Virus record (IMG/VR): IMGVR_UViG_3300024231_001313 | Coordinates: 1 to 47,443 of that record | Direction: 5' to 3' (one strand) | Length of the DNA stretch: 47,443 nucleotides | DNA from: a virus | Taxonomy: Duplodnaviria; Caudoviricetes | Part shown: positions 27,076-36,938 of the stretch, in pieces | Numbering within the stretch: the first letter of the stretch is position 1 | Layout: every line of letters begins with the position of its first letter | The notes under the pieces: model-generated | The model's input: the letters and a program-made list of their open reading frames with translations, nothing else | Told to the model about the DNA's origin: nothing | Database searches by the model: none | Position numbers and translations under genes: made by a program

Positions 27076-28096
27076 TGATTTTACTCGCTTTCTTTACGTG
27101 GCTTTTAGAAAATTTCTTTTCATTCTTAATAACAAAATCACTTATAAACTTACGTTGCTCTTTTGTTTTATAGGAATGGGTAGACCAGTCACTTAAGTCT
27201 TCGCCACTTTCGTGAGCTTCACCAAGATCATTGCTGCCTTTTGGCGGAATTTTAATTGAAAGGGTATCCAAGTCAAAATAACTACTTAATTTTATGTAAT
27301 TTTTAATCGAAGCTATTAAACCCCTGTTTTCTTCGGAATTGAAGTCGTTGTTGCCAGCAATGATAATTTTATCCAAACTCTTTCCAGATAGATATGAAAT
27401 TATAGATGTACTTACAGAAAGGCCAAAAATGACAAGTACGTTCTTTATGCCGTGTTCATAAAGAGCCATTGCATCACCTATACTTTCGACAAGAAAAACC
27501 TTCCTCTCATTTGTTATTGTTTCATCTACGGTTTCCTTGTTAGGTAAGTAGGCTGGGTAAACCCAATTGTTTTTTTTGCCGATATGCTTCCATTTAGCAA
27601 AATTATTATCATCAACTCTCCTTCCAGAGAAACCTATTATTTGTGAGGAATCATTGTAAATAGGAAAAACCATTCTTCGATACATGTTACCTCCACCAGC
27701 AAGGCCGACATGGAAGGCTTTTTGTGTTTCATCGGATATCTTTCTTTTTTTATAGAAATTGTAATTAGGGAATAGTTTATCTAAAATAGATTTGTCGTAA
27801 GTTTTTTCCATTTCTATTAAGCTTTTAGTTTTATAATCAAAAGAAGAATCTTGTTTTTTATCAATTAACTTTAAGGTTTCTTTGAGTTTTTTAGGTTGGC
27901 CCTCTAATGTTAATTTAACTAACGCTTCGAAGGGTTTTGATTTTGAGTCTTCAACATAGTCATTCCAGACTCCTGTGTTTTTATATATCTGTAGTGCTGT
28001 TGCATTATTGCCATTTCTATAAAGAGCGCTAGTTCTCCAGTGATTTCCGTTGTCAACAAGTTTGTAGCCAAGGTTTTCTAGTATATCTTTTATCAT
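27068..28096 (-). CDS. DNA primase (TOPRIM)
   Basis: RMVFPI, IIGFSGR, KWKH, LVESIGDAMAL, GNND, NDLG; adjacent to DnaB. Confidence 0.85.
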   Translation of the reverse strand: MIKDILENLGYKLVDNGNHWRTSALYRNGNNATALQIYKNTGVWNDYVEDSKSKPFEALVKLTLEGQPKKLKETLKLIDKKQDSSFDYKTKSLIEMEKTYDKSILDKLFPNYNFYKKRKISDETQKAFHVGLAGGGNMYRRMVFPIYNDSSQIIGFSGRRVDDNNFAKWKHIGKKNNWVYPAYLPNKETVDETITNERKVFLVESIGDAMALYEHGIKNVLVIFGLSVSTSIISYLSGKSLDKIIIAGNNDFNSEENRGLIASIKNYIKLSSYFDLDTLSIKIPPKGSNDLGEAHESGEDLSDWSTHSYKTKEQRKFISDFVIKNEKKFSKSHVKKASKINE

Positions 28097-28105
28097 AATG
28101 AAAAA

Positions 28106-29614
28106 CTATACAAATTCTGGAACGTCTCCTGGCTCGGAAGATTCAATCTCAGCATCTCCATCTAGGTTTCTAGCTATATCTCTAAGGTCTCCGCACTCGG
28201 TAATTTTAAAGTTTCTCATCTCTAGATTCACTGCGTTTTTCCTAAGAGTATCGCCAAGAAGAACAGGTTCTAATGCACCAGCAACATCTTCTCCTAAGTG
28301 TCTAGCTTTAACATTTGTTAGTTTATGAGTTCCAAACTGTCTGCCTTCTATTTCAATTTCATCTGCTGTTTTATTTCTGAGAATAAACATATGAGAGCAG
28401 AACTGAATAATTCTATCCGATAGAGAAACAACACTTTCGTCATCGACAACGTTTTGTGCCGTCCTGTTTGTTGTGATGCCGTATCTATTAGATTGAACAG
28501 ATGTGATCATTGGTATAATTGGTTCTCCATCATGAAGAATTTCTTTTTGAATACACTTTTTAAACTTGTCTACCATTTCTCCAACAATCTGCCATTCGTT
28601 TTTGTTGACGTTAGATTCGCTTGTGGTTTTAATGTAGTCAAAAGAGAATAACATGGGGTTACCCCTACCAACCTTAGATAAGTATGTCCTTTTTAATGTG
28701 TTAACCATGGAGTCAACATCCATACCTCCTACATTATAATAGTAAAACTTAAGAGGCTTTATTATTTCCCAAGTTTCCCTGACTTTCCTTACTACGTCTT
28801 CGCCAGCGTGTCTCCATTTGCCACTTTCTAATAAGTGCATAGGAACTCCAGATAGTGAAGAACACTGTCTAAAAATAAGCTCTTCCTTACTCATTTCTCC
28901 ATTATCAAAATGTAAAACAGGAACATCATATTTAGCACTAACACACGTAGCATAATGCATACAAAATTGGGTTTTACCAACGCCTGATCTAGCTACAATA
29001 ACAGTTATGTTTCCAGGCCTAAGAAGGGAGCCATACATTTCGTTGACCTTTTTATGTGGACCCATCATCCCGAAGTCGGTTACTGGGTTATTACCTCGAT
29101 CTTCGATAAGGTCTTCCATATCATCATAAATATTGACTGGCGAGTCTTCTCCTGTTTCGTAAAGATTTATTTTAGAATTATATATGTGATCGGCTTTTTC
29201 TATAATCTCATGATAGGTAGTTTCTGGAGAGACTTTCTTCATCTCCATCGCTACACTTTGAGACGCCTTGAAAATCCCTCTTCTAACTGAAACTTTTTTC
29301 AGTTCTCTGGCAGTCTTGAGTAAGTTGCCTTTAGGTACTTTCCTTAAAGCTAAGGATTTAACATAGTCAGATGGATTTAAATTATCTTCAAAAGATAATC
29401 CTATGCTTGAAATTCTCTGGCCAATAATAACCTCATCTATTTCGTCTCCAGTTTGAAGAGCCTGTTTGATGATTGTGAATATGGTTTTATGTAAGTTGCT
29501 GTCTTCTGAATAGAAGTCATCACTGTCAATAAAATTAGACACCTCTGCGAACATATCTGGCTCCTTAATTAAGGCAGCAAGCATTTGTTTTTCTAGCTCT
29601 AAGTTATAAATCAT
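28106..29614 (-). CDS. dnaB: Replicative DNA helicase
   Basis: N-terminal LEKQML...DFY...HKTIF; ARSGVGKT, NGEMS, FDYIK, VQSNR, KARH. Confidence 0.92.
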   Translation of the reverse strand: MIYNLELEKQMLAALIKEPDMFAEVSNFIDSDDFYSEDSNLHKTIFTIIKQALQTGDEIDEVIIGQRISSIGLSFEDNLNPSDYVKSLALRKVPKGNLLKTARELKKVSVRRGIFKASQSVAMEMKKVSPETTYHEIIEKADHIYNSKINLYETGEDSPVNIYDDMEDLIEDRGNNPVTDFGMMGPHKKVNEMYGSLLRPGNITVIVARSGVGKTQFCMHYATCVSAKYDVPVLHFDNGEMSKEELIFRQCSSLSGVPMHLLESGKWRHAGEDVVRKVRETWEIIKPLKFYYYNVGGMDVDSMVNTLKRTYLSKVGRGNPMLFSFDYIKTTSESNVNKNEWQIVGEMVDKFKKCIQKEILHDGEPIIPMITSVQSNRYGITTNRTAQNVVDDESVVSLSDRIIQFCSHMFILRNKTADEIEIEGRQFGTHKLTNVKARHLGEDVAGALEPVLLGDTLRKNAVNLEMRNFKITECGDLRDIARNLDGDAEIESSEPGDVPEFV

Positions 29615-29838
29615 TTTGTTGTGTTTTTATCGGACTGTTTCAAGTATAGTTCCATTGTTTTTCTTAAACCCATTTCAACAACGGAAGATTCAGACTTATT
29701 GATAATAACTGAGTTTCCTTTTTCATTGCAATGTATAATTAAAAAACCTTTATACTTATCAGCGCTTCCAGTTAGCTCGTATAGTTTTTCTAAAAAGTTT
29801 TCTGGTATACAGAATTCTATGTTTTCTTCGTCGATCAT
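29611..29838 (-). CDS. Hypothetical protein
   Basis: 75-aa ORF with 4-nt overlaps on both sides. Confidence 0.7.
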   Translation of the reverse strand: MIDEENIEFCIPENFLEKLYELTGSADKYKGFLIIHCNEKGNSVIINKSESSVVEMGLRKTMELYLKQSDKNTTK

Positions 29839-30242
29839 AAATCTATATCTTGGTCACTAAAAAGGGATGCGTTTATCTCATCCTTCGTGTAAACCTCTAC
29901 CATCTTTATACCATTCAATTCGCAGAAGTCAAGCTTCTTCTGGTCTCTTTTTAATTGATCTAGATATTTTAGCCTGGTTTTATGGAAATGCTTTACATAG
30001 CGAATGTGTTGATCGCCTTGTACTTCCACTGCTATCATTCTATTAGCATTGTAAAAGTCCAAGGATAATCTTGTACCAACAATTCTAAATTCTTCAAAGA
30101 CAATATCGTTAATCCAATAGTCTTTTAAGAACTTTTTAACGTTATTCTGAAACTTGCTTCTGCTTTTACCTTCCCAATCAATTAAATATTTTTTTGCATT
30201 TTTTAAGTTTCTTTGTCTACCTAGAGGATCTAGGAACTTCAT
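29835..30242 (-). CDS. DUF559/Vsr-like endonuclease
   Basis: LDFY....IAVEVQGDQH...QLKRD..K...C..NGI. Confidence 0.8.
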   Translation of the reverse strand: MKFLDPLGRQRNLKNAKKYLIDWEGKSRSKFQNNVKKFLKDYWINDIVFEEFRIVGTRLSLDFYNANRMIAVEVQGDQHIRYVKHFHKTRLKYLDQLKRDQKKLDFCELNGIKMVEVYTKDEINASLFSDQDIDL

Positions 30243-31360
30243 GATAACTCGGATATTGCATTTTTGAAATATTTAATAAGGAAGTCAGAAAGATTTTTAT
30301 CATCTTCGATTAGCTTAAACAGGTTGTTCTCTCCTTGTATTTTATCTGGAAATACAAGTTCATTTTCAACTAGTAGTTCTTTGAAGTCTTCGGTAGCAGA
30401 TATCCAAGCTCCCCCCTTTTTAAGAAACTCCCAAGCATACATTAAATCAATAATCTCTTTTTCAATCCATATAGAATTACCACCCTTCCGACCATACCTC
30501 AAAGGATATGTTATTCTAGAATTTGTTTTTTCGTTGGGAGATTTTTTGACCGTAACAACAGCAAAGTGCCCAATGGCTGGGTTTTTTTGCATGTCCATTT
30601 TTTTAATAGAAGGGTTTTGGAGTATGAGATCTTTATTAAATCTTGGCTCAAATTCAATGATCCAATTTGCAAAGTGAAGTAGCGCATTACCTCCTGTAGC
30701 ACTGGTTTGCCTGATCGGAGCTTTTGTATAAGGATCTAGTTTGATATCCGCTCTTACTTGCGAAATGAATATAGCCATATGACCTCTCTTTGCTAGGGCT
30801 ATAGACATTTTTTTCATGAACGTACCCGCAATTACTGCCCCGCCAGCAATCTTAGAGGAGTCTTCAAACCCTTTATCCATATCGTTTTTTGGTATAAGGC
30901 CGTCTACAGAGTCTAGAACAAAACAATACTTAGTATCGTTCTCGTTATCAGCCACAAGCTGCCTCATTAAATCTACTGCAGTTTCATAAATGTTCGATTC
31001 AAAAACAAAACATGTCCCATCTACCCAATCTTTAGCATTAAAAACAAACTTGAGTCCAGACCTCTCCCTCATTTCACTGGAGAGTCTGCCTTCGGCTTTG
31101 ATGTAAACACCTTTAGACCTTGGTATTGTGGTTAAAAAGTTCTTTACGACCTCTAACGCTTCAGAGGTTTTACCTCCTTCGTTCATTCCGCAGAAACGGT
31201 GTAGACCTGGGCCGAAGCCTCCTCCTAATTGAAGGTCAAACTGCAATGAGCCACTTGAGACTTTGTAGTCAATTTCTTCTTCGAAGTTATAATGGTCGTC
31301 TTTATTTGCCTTAAGAAACCTATCTAGTAGGTTGATGGAATTGTTTTCTTCTTTACTCAT
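30239..31360 (-). CDS. recA: RecA/UvsX-like recombinase
   Basis: SSGSLQFDLQLGGG, Walker A GMNEGGKT, VLDSV, FISQVR, TGGNALLHFA. Confidence 0.88.
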   Translation of the reverse strand: MSKEENNSINLLDRFLKANKDDHYNFEEEIDYKVSSGSLQFDLQLGGGFGPGLHRFCGMNEGGKTSEALEVVKNFLTTIPRSKGVYIKAEGRLSSEMRERSGLKFVFNAKDWVDGTCFVFESNIYETAVDLMRQLVADNENDTKYCFVLDSVDGLIPKNDMDKGFEDSSKIAGGAVIAGTFMKKMSIALAKRGHMAIFISQVRADIKLDPYTKAPIRQTSATGGNALLHFANWIIEFEPRFNKDLILQNPSIKKMDMQKNPAIGHFAVVTVKKSPNEKTNSRITYPLRYGRKGGNSIWIEKEIIDLMYAWEFLKKGGAWISATEDFKELLVENELVFPDKIQGENNLFKLIEDDKNLSDFLIKYFKNAISELS

Positions 31361-31829
31361 TTAAAAAATCTTTTGTTGTTTTCTTTTTTTTGTTTACTTT
31401 TTTGTCTTCTCCTGACTTTTCTCCAATATTATAATACGGATATTTATCTTTGTCAACCTTATAATTAAAGGCCCTCCACTTCATGTCCATTTTTTCCTTC
31501 ACTTTATCATGCAGGAAGTAACCTAATGATTTGAACTTTTTACCAAAGTTTACTATTGATAAAAACTCTAAAGAATATTTATCGGAGAGGTCATTTAATA
31601 TCTTCATCTCCCTCATAAAAAAAAGCTTTTTATTGTCAGGCGGTTTTTCAACAAGACGAAATAAGACTTCCCTCTTGTTTATTTTCTTTTTAACCTCTTT
31701 CTTTTTCTTGGGTTTTTTGACGGTATTCTTTTTAGCCTTAATTGGAAATACATAACCGCAGTTACATATTGCTTTCCTGATACCTAGCTCTAAAGAGCAT
31801 TCTGGACATGTTTTTTTACCTCTAGGCAT
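31353..31829 (-). CDS. Basic zinc-ribbon hypothetical protein
   Basis: CPEC...CNCGYVF at the N-terminus; Lys-rich. Confidence 0.65.
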   Translation of the reverse strand: MPRGKKTCPECSLELGIRKAICNCGYVFPIKAKKNTVKKPKKKKEVKKKINKREVLFRLVEKPPDNKKLFFMREMKILNDLSDKYSLEFLSIVNFGKKFKSLGYFLHDKVKEKMDMKWRAFNYKVDKDKYPYYNIGEKSGEDKKVNKKKKTTKDFLNE

Positions 31830-31835
31830 AAGCCC

Positions 31836-31864
31836 ATATTATCAGAGGCTGATGTCATTGTCAA
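31836..31864 (-). promoter_or_regulatory. Sigma70-like promoter
   Basis: TTGACA-N17-TAATAT, 6 nt before ATG 31829. Confidence 0.6.
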
Positions 31865-32876
31865 CCATCTTTTTTACAAGGCCGTAAAAATCAGTCTTTC
31901 TTTTCCAACCTAATTCTTTTTCCGCTAGACTAGGATCGCCAAGAAGAAGGGAAACTTCTGCTGGTCTATAATGCTTCGGATTGATTTGAACGAGTAATTG
32001 ATCTCCGTGGTAGTATTTGGATTGTGAGTGTTCTCCAACCCAATAACATTGATCGGAACCAAAACCAGCAAAACCAAATGCAGCCTCAACAAATTCACGA
32101 ACAGTATATGTTTCGCCAGAAGCTAAAACATATTCCTTTGGAAGCTCTAAGTCTTGATTTAACATTAACCAAATGCCGTGGACAAAATCTTCAGCGTCAG
32201 ACCAGTCTCTTTTGGCTTCTAAATTACCAAGCTCAAGCGGAACTGGTGTTTTACCCTCTCTAATTTCTTTAACAATTCTAGCGACACCTTTAGTCACCTT
32301 ACGGGTTAGGAATTCTTCGCCCCTTCTTGTTCCTTCATGGTTAAACAACCATCCTTGTATAGCATAAAGACGATAAGAATCTCGCCAAACTTTAACCAGA
32401 TGTCTTGCTGCTGCTTTAGATGCTCCGTAAGGGCTTCTGGGGCGCAGTGGATGCGTCTCGTCCTGTGGGGCAGTAACTACGTCCCCAAACTCTTCGGACG
32501 ATCCAGCGTTGTAGTAATGGCAATCTGGACAGTGCTTGCGAATAGCCTCAAGTTGATAAAGAACAGCCATGCAATTTGTTTTCATGTGGTTTTCTGGCAT
32601 ATCCCAACTAACCCCCACAAATGAATTGGCTGCAAAATTAATAAAGTAATCTGGTTTTTCTTCAGCTATAACACAATCCACGTTTGACTGGTCCGTAATA
32701 TCAAGATCAATTAACTTGAATTTTGGGTTGTCAGACAGGTGTTTTATGTTGTCATGGTTTTTTACTGAAAGTCGGCGTACGCCAGCAATAATATCAATGT
32801 CGGTATTTTCCAACAAATAATCTACCATATGACTACCGTCTTGGCCTGTGACTCCCGTGATAATAACCTTCTTCAT
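31842..32876 (-). CDS. gmd: GDP-mannose 4,6-dehydratase
   Basis: ITGVTGQDGS, SSEEFG, PRSPYGASK, LFNHE, LGNLEAKRDW, YRPAEV.LLGD. Confidence 0.95.
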   Translation of the reverse strand: MKKVIITGVTGQDGSHMVDYLLENTDIDIIAGVRRLSVKNHDNIKHLSDNPKFKLIDLDITDQSNVDCVIAEEKPDYFINFAANSFVGVSWDMPENHMKTNCMAVLYQLEAIRKHCPDCHYYNAGSSEEFGDVVTAPQDETHPLRPRSPYGASKAAARHLVKVWRDSYRLYAIQGWLFNHEGTRRGEEFLTRKVTKGVARIVKEIREGKTPVPLELGNLEAKRDWSDAEDFVHGIWLMLNQDLELPKEYVLASGETYTVREFVEAAFGFAGFGSDQCYWVGEHSQSKYYHGDQLLVQINPKHYRPAEVSLLLGDPSLAEKELGWKRKTDFYGLVKKMVDNDISL

Positions 32877-32881
32877 GTCGC

Positions 32882-32912
32882 ATTATAGTATGAAATTAGA
32901 CGTTCATTTCAA
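32882..32912 (-). promoter_or_regulatory. Sigma70-like promoter
   Basis: TTGAAA-N16-TACTATAAT (same layout as 18185-18215), 5 nt before the gmd ATG. Confidence 0.55.
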
Positions 32913-33789
32913 TCCAATCTTTAATATTTATCGAGGGCTCCCATTTTAATAATTTTTTAGCTTTATTGTTGCACGATAAACTAGCTTTTGGCTCTTTCCT
33001 TTTTTCAATGTATTCTATATTGCCTCCGACTGATTTAGCTATTTCGTTAACCGATGTTGCTTTATTCGTTCCTATATTTAGACATTCACCGCCACCAACA
33101 TTTTCTGATATCATAGCTAATACATTAGCAGAAGCTATATCACCTACATATACAAAATCTCTAGTTTGTTCTCCATTGCCAACTATTGTTAATGGTTTTC
33201 TTTCTTTCTTTTGATTTAGAAACAAACCAACCACGGAGCAGTAAGATCCCTCTGTGGGTTGACGTTCTCCAAAAACATTAAAATATCTAAGATTTACTGT
33301 TTCTATATTGTAGATTCTACTGAACAGTTTACAATACTCTTCTCCTATAAGCTTTTGCAAACCATATGGGCTTATGGGCTCTGTTTTTTGGTGTTCTTTA
33401 ATTGGCATAAACTCACAATCTCCATAGACTGCGGAGGAGGAACTGTTAACAATTCTTTTTACTCCTGCTTCTTTTGCCCAGTTTAAAATATTTAAAGTTG
33501 AGTCAACGTTTTGTTTGTTGTATTCTAAAGGTTGTTCTATCGACTCTTGGACTTTTGTAGACGCTGCTAAGTGAAAAACACCATCACAATCAATAAGCTG
33601 ATTTAGAACTATGTCTTTATTTTTTGAAACAGAAATATCTACCTCTAAAAAGTGTGCTGCTGAATTAATGTTTTCCCTTTTTCCTGTTGATAGATTGTCA
33701 ACAATAACAACTTCATGCCCTTCTGTTATAAGAATATCTGTTAATCGACTGCCTATAAAGCCAGCCCCTCCAGTAATTAAAAATTTCAT
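32896..33789 (-). CDS. NAD-dependent nucleotide-sugar epimerase/dehydratase (UDP-Glc/GlcNAc 4-epimerase-like)
   Basis: TGGAGFIG, SSSSAVYG, SPYGLQK, LRYFNVFG, QTRDFVYV. Confidence 0.9.
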   Translation of the reverse strand: MKFLITGGAGFIGSRLTDILITEGHEVVIVDNLSTGKRENINSAAHFLEVDISVSKNKDIVLNQLIDCDGVFHLAASTKVQESIEQPLEYNKQNVDSTLNILNWAKEAGVKRIVNSSSSAVYGDCEFMPIKEHQKTEPISPYGLQKLIGEEYCKLFSRIYNIETVNLRYFNVFGERQPTEGSYCSVVGLFLNQKKERKPLTIVGNGEQTRDFVYVGDIASANVLAMISENVGGGECLNIGTNKATSVNEIAKSVGGNIEYIEKRKEPKASLSCNNKAKKLLKWEPSINIKDWIEMNV

Positions 33790-33796
33790 TTTGTTT

Positions 33797-34567
33797 TTAG
33801 ATCTGTATCCAGTCTTTCATTTTAATGTCTGAATCATTAGTGTTGTTACCGAACCAGCTTTTAGGACATACCACAATCTTTTCTGGGTTTTCGTTTAGAT
33901 AAACTCCCCACCAACTAAAACTACTGTTGGCTATTATATTGTTTTCACACAAACTCATATACTTAAGGTCTTCAATGTTGGAATTGCCCTCCATAAATAC
34001 TTGATTTTTAAAGTTAAGATTTTTTTTGCACCACTCTATATCATCAGAAAAAACAAATACGTTACCTTTTGGGGCTAATATCTCAAGGGCTTTTTCGTAA
34101 TAATCTAAGGTTTGGTGAGTGTGAAAATCTTTAAGGTTTAAATAGTCTCCTCTTCTTATATGTATAGAACATGAATCTTTGAAATCAAAATCATCGAGTT
34201 TTGGAAATTTAAACGAATCAACAACCTCATCCTTAACTTTATTAAAAAATGACTCGGACTGCCAATATCCATTTAGGTAATAATTTTCATCCTTTTCAAA
34301 TTTTATGTTTGAGTAGTGGAAATTATCAAGAACCATTTGTATTCTCTTGGATGAAAAATCATGAAAAACTTCTTTTGTGGCTAGTGGTATTTCTTTGTTG
34401 ATTATTTTTGGTAGTTCATAATCACGAATAGAGACTGGAGACATTATATTTTGATTATCAAAAAAAGATGTGTCAAAATAAACATCATGTTCTTTTGATA
34501 GTGCGTATCCATAAGCCCACTGAAAAAGTTGATTGCATAAGCCTCCTTGTATTTTAATAATTATCAT
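33797..34567 (-). CDS. Alpha-1,2-fucosyltransferase (GT11)
   Basis: GGLCNQLFQWA, GYWQS, HIRRGDY, FSDDIEWC, IIANSSFSWWG. Confidence 0.93.
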   Translation of the reverse strand: MIIIKIQGGLCNQLFQWAYGYALSKEHDVYFDTSFFDNQNIMSPVSIRDYELPKIINKEIPLATKEVFHDFSSKRIQMVLDNFHYSNIKFEKDENYYLNGYWQSESFFNKVKDEVVDSFKFPKLDDFDFKDSCSIHIRRGDYLNLKDFHTHQTLDYYEKALEILAPKGNVFVFSDDIEWCKKNLNFKNQVFMEGNSNIEDLKYMSLCENNIIANSSFSWWGVYLNENPEKIVVCPKSWFGNNTNDSDIKMKDWIQI

Positions 34568-35076
34568 GATATATTTGTTGCTGCCCAGGAACTATCGGAG
34601 TAAATTTTGATGTTTTCTTTACCAAAAGATTCGTTAACTGCTTCAATCACGCCAACTTCAGAGTGGTAATCATGACCACATATTACCCCGTGTTTTTTTA
34701 TGATCTTTTTACAATTTTCTATATGGCTTTTTACTGAAGAATAATCATGTGGTCCGTCTATATATATTAAATCATATTTGTTCGTGTTTTTTTTAAAAAA
34801 TAAATCGAAGTCCAAATGGTAAAATTTTATATTGGAAGAATCATTCAAAAGTGATTTGAACTTTTTTGTTAAGTTGATGTCAACAGCTGTAACTTCATTG
34901 GTATACTCGCAAAACAATCTTGTGCTGACCCCGTCATTACAACCCAACTCTAATACATGACTTTCCTTAGACAAGAAATCTTCACATAGGTCCCGAAGAC
35001 CGAATAAATAATTCACATCATATCCATCAACCCGATAAGCACCAAAGCCAGTCATTCTTTCTGTATCTAGCTTCAT
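34564..35076 (-). CDS. Class I SAM-dependent methyltransferase (Methyltransf_24-like)
   Basis: VLELGCNDGVS, DLIYIDGPHDY, GVICGHDY; start set at the ATGA overlap (35076). Confidence 0.88.
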   Translation of the reverse strand: MKLDTERMTGFGAYRVDGYDVNYLFGLRDLCEDFLSKESHVLELGCNDGVSTRLFCEYTNEVTAVDINLTKKFKSLLNDSSNIKFYHLDFDLFFKKNTNKYDLIYIDGPHDYSSVKSHIENCKKIIKKHGVICGHDYHSEVGVIEAVNESFGKENIKIYSDSSWAATNIS

Positions 35077-35642
35077 TTTTTGAATACAATTAGGTTTTTT
35101 AGATGCATGCATTGTGGAGAGAGCTTTTTATAGTGCTTCGTCATTTCAGGAGAAAAATAAAACCCAATCTTTTCAATTTTTTCGATCCAATATTCAGAGT
35201 TTTGACAGTTAACATGATGATAGCCTTCTTGTCCAATGTTTGCGTGTGTCATGAATATAAAATCGCATTTAGAAAAGCTATCTAAAAAGTTTTGACAGTA
35301 TTTTTCATCTACATGTTCAACAAATTCACAACACCAAGCCGCGTCAAATTTATCAATAGGCACAAAGGGGCCTTCTGTATAATCATGTAGGACTAAATCG
35401 TCTTTAACTGGAGAGTTATTGTATGCTATTTCCCCTCCTTCGACGCCAACACACTTTATTCCTTTGTCTAAAAAATATTTTGTGGAATGGCCTTCTCCAC
35501 AACCTATATCTAAAACAGACTTAATACCAGCACCAATCATTTCGTCCCAAACTTCGATAGCGTAACTATTAGGATCTCCATGATCTGTTATATTTACAAT
35601 ATAACCACCTAGGTGTGTTTTTTTTTCTTTCCCGTATGCCAT
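35073..35642 (-). CDS. Class I SAM-dependent methyltransferase
   Basis: SVLDIGCGEG, EFVEHV, GYHHVNCQ..YW. Confidence 0.88.
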   Translation of the reverse strand: MAYGKEKKTHLGGYIVNITDHGDPNSYAIEVWDEMIGAGIKSVLDIGCGEGHSTKYFLDKGIKCVGVEGGEIAYNNSPVKDDLVLHDYTEGPFVPIDKFDAAWCCEFVEHVDEKYCQNFLDSFSKCDFIFMTHANIGQEGYHHVNCQNSEYWIEKIEKIGFYFSPEMTKHYKKLSPQCMHLKNLIVFKK

Positions 35643-35646
35643 TATT

Positions 35647-36339
35647 TTATATGTTTCTTCTGAAAAAATTAATTAATCCCAGTGACTTATTTTGATTTGC
35701 TAGGTACCAACTATCTTTACCTAAGCCATGTTTATAATGTAAACCTTCCACAACTTCAACTTTAAATTTTTCTATGTATTTATAACACAACCAAACTGGG
35801 TAAGCCGAACATAAGCCGTAGGGGTTTATTAGGTTCGTTTCTTTTTCTATAGCTTTTAAATAGGTGTTTTTATTAAAAAAATAGTTGCCAGTATTTGCTA
35901 AAGCTTTATCTATAATAGCACAAAAATCATTTTTATCTAAAGATTTACCAGCATATTTACTAAAGTTTAAATATGGGCTCGAGCAAACAGCTATAGAAGG
36001 TAGGTAGAAGGTGTTGTTATCTTTTTGTTCTGGCAGGTTGTCTATATATGATTTGTCAATTTCATTATCAGAATCAATTAATGCCACCCAATCGTTGGAA
36101 CATTTCTTTATTGATTCTACCTTATTTAAAAAAGCTCCTTTGTTTTCCTTGTTTCTAAAAAGCTTTATTTTTGTGTTGTTTATTGTTTCTATTTTATGCT
36201 CTAGTTTTTTAAAAATTAAATCTTCAGAGCAGTCGTCACAAATAACTATTTCTGATACCCTTGGATCATCAACAATGGAGATAAATGATTTAACAGTTCT
36301 TTCACACCTATTGAATGTTGTTATGCATATAGTTATCAT
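35647..36339 (-). CDS. Glycosyltransferase family 2
   Basis: ITTFNR, ICDDCS, IDSDN. Confidence 0.85.
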   Translation of the reverse strand: MITICITTFNRCERTVKSFISIVDDPRVSEIVICDDCSEDLIFKKLEHKIETINNTKIKLFRNKENKGAFLNKVESIKKCSNDWVALIDSDNEIDKSYIDNLPEQKDNNTFYLPSIAVCSSPYLNFSKYAGKSLDKNDFCAIIDKALANTGNYFFNKNTYLKAIEKETNLINPYGLCSAYPVWLCYKYIEKFKVEVVEGLHYKHGLGKDSWYLANQNKSLGLINFFRRNI

Positions 36340-36938
36340 ATTTTTTTATAATTAAACATTAAGAAGTCTTCTTCGTATATATCGTATACCAAATCGTATA
36401 AATATCTAGTATAATATGTTTTAAAGTCTTCTCTTTTTGAACTATTTTTTTTGTGTAGTTTTTCGTATTTAATATCCAGCTCACAGTTTTCTGATATGTT
36501 TTCTGTTATTTTCTTAAAATCGGAATCTATGTTTTCAAATTTTCCTACAAAAATATCATCAGTTTTGAATAAGTCGTTTTGTAAAAAGATGTGTTGCGGT
36601 TGTATTCCTACGTTAAAATAATTACGATCTTGAAGATACTCGCTAATGTTATTGGTCGTATGTTTTTTTACATAACTTTTAATAAAATCTTCAAAACCAT
36701 CGCAACTTAAAGCCATCGGTACTGACTCTCCAATCCAAAAATGAAACAGCGAAACAATTTTATCGTAAGGATTCCTTACAAAAGCCCAAGGTAAAAAACT
36801 CTTATTATTGTTGTTTGCAATTTCTTTTAAAGTGCGATGACCTGAACCACCTACGTAATACAATTGCTCCATTGATGACCCAGCATTTTTAGGTATATGT
36901 ATGAATATGTTTTTGTATTTATTATTTACATTAGACAT
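36336..36938 (-). CDS. Sulfotransferase (Sulfotransfer_2, carbohydrate sulfotransferase-like)
   Basis: 5'-PSB FIHIPKNAGSS; 3'-PB FVRNPYDKIVS; terminal YEEDF..FNY. Confidence 0.9.
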   Translation of the reverse strand: MSNVNNKYKNIFIHIPKNAGSSMEQLYYVGGSGHRTLKEIANNNNKSFLPWAFVRNPYDKIVSLFHFWIGESVPMALSCDGFEDFIKSYVKKHTTNNISEYLQDRNYFNVGIQPQHIFLQNDLFKTDDIFVGKFENIDSDFKKITENISENCELDIKYEKLHKKNSSKREDFKTYYTRYLYDLVYDIYEEDFLMFNYKKI

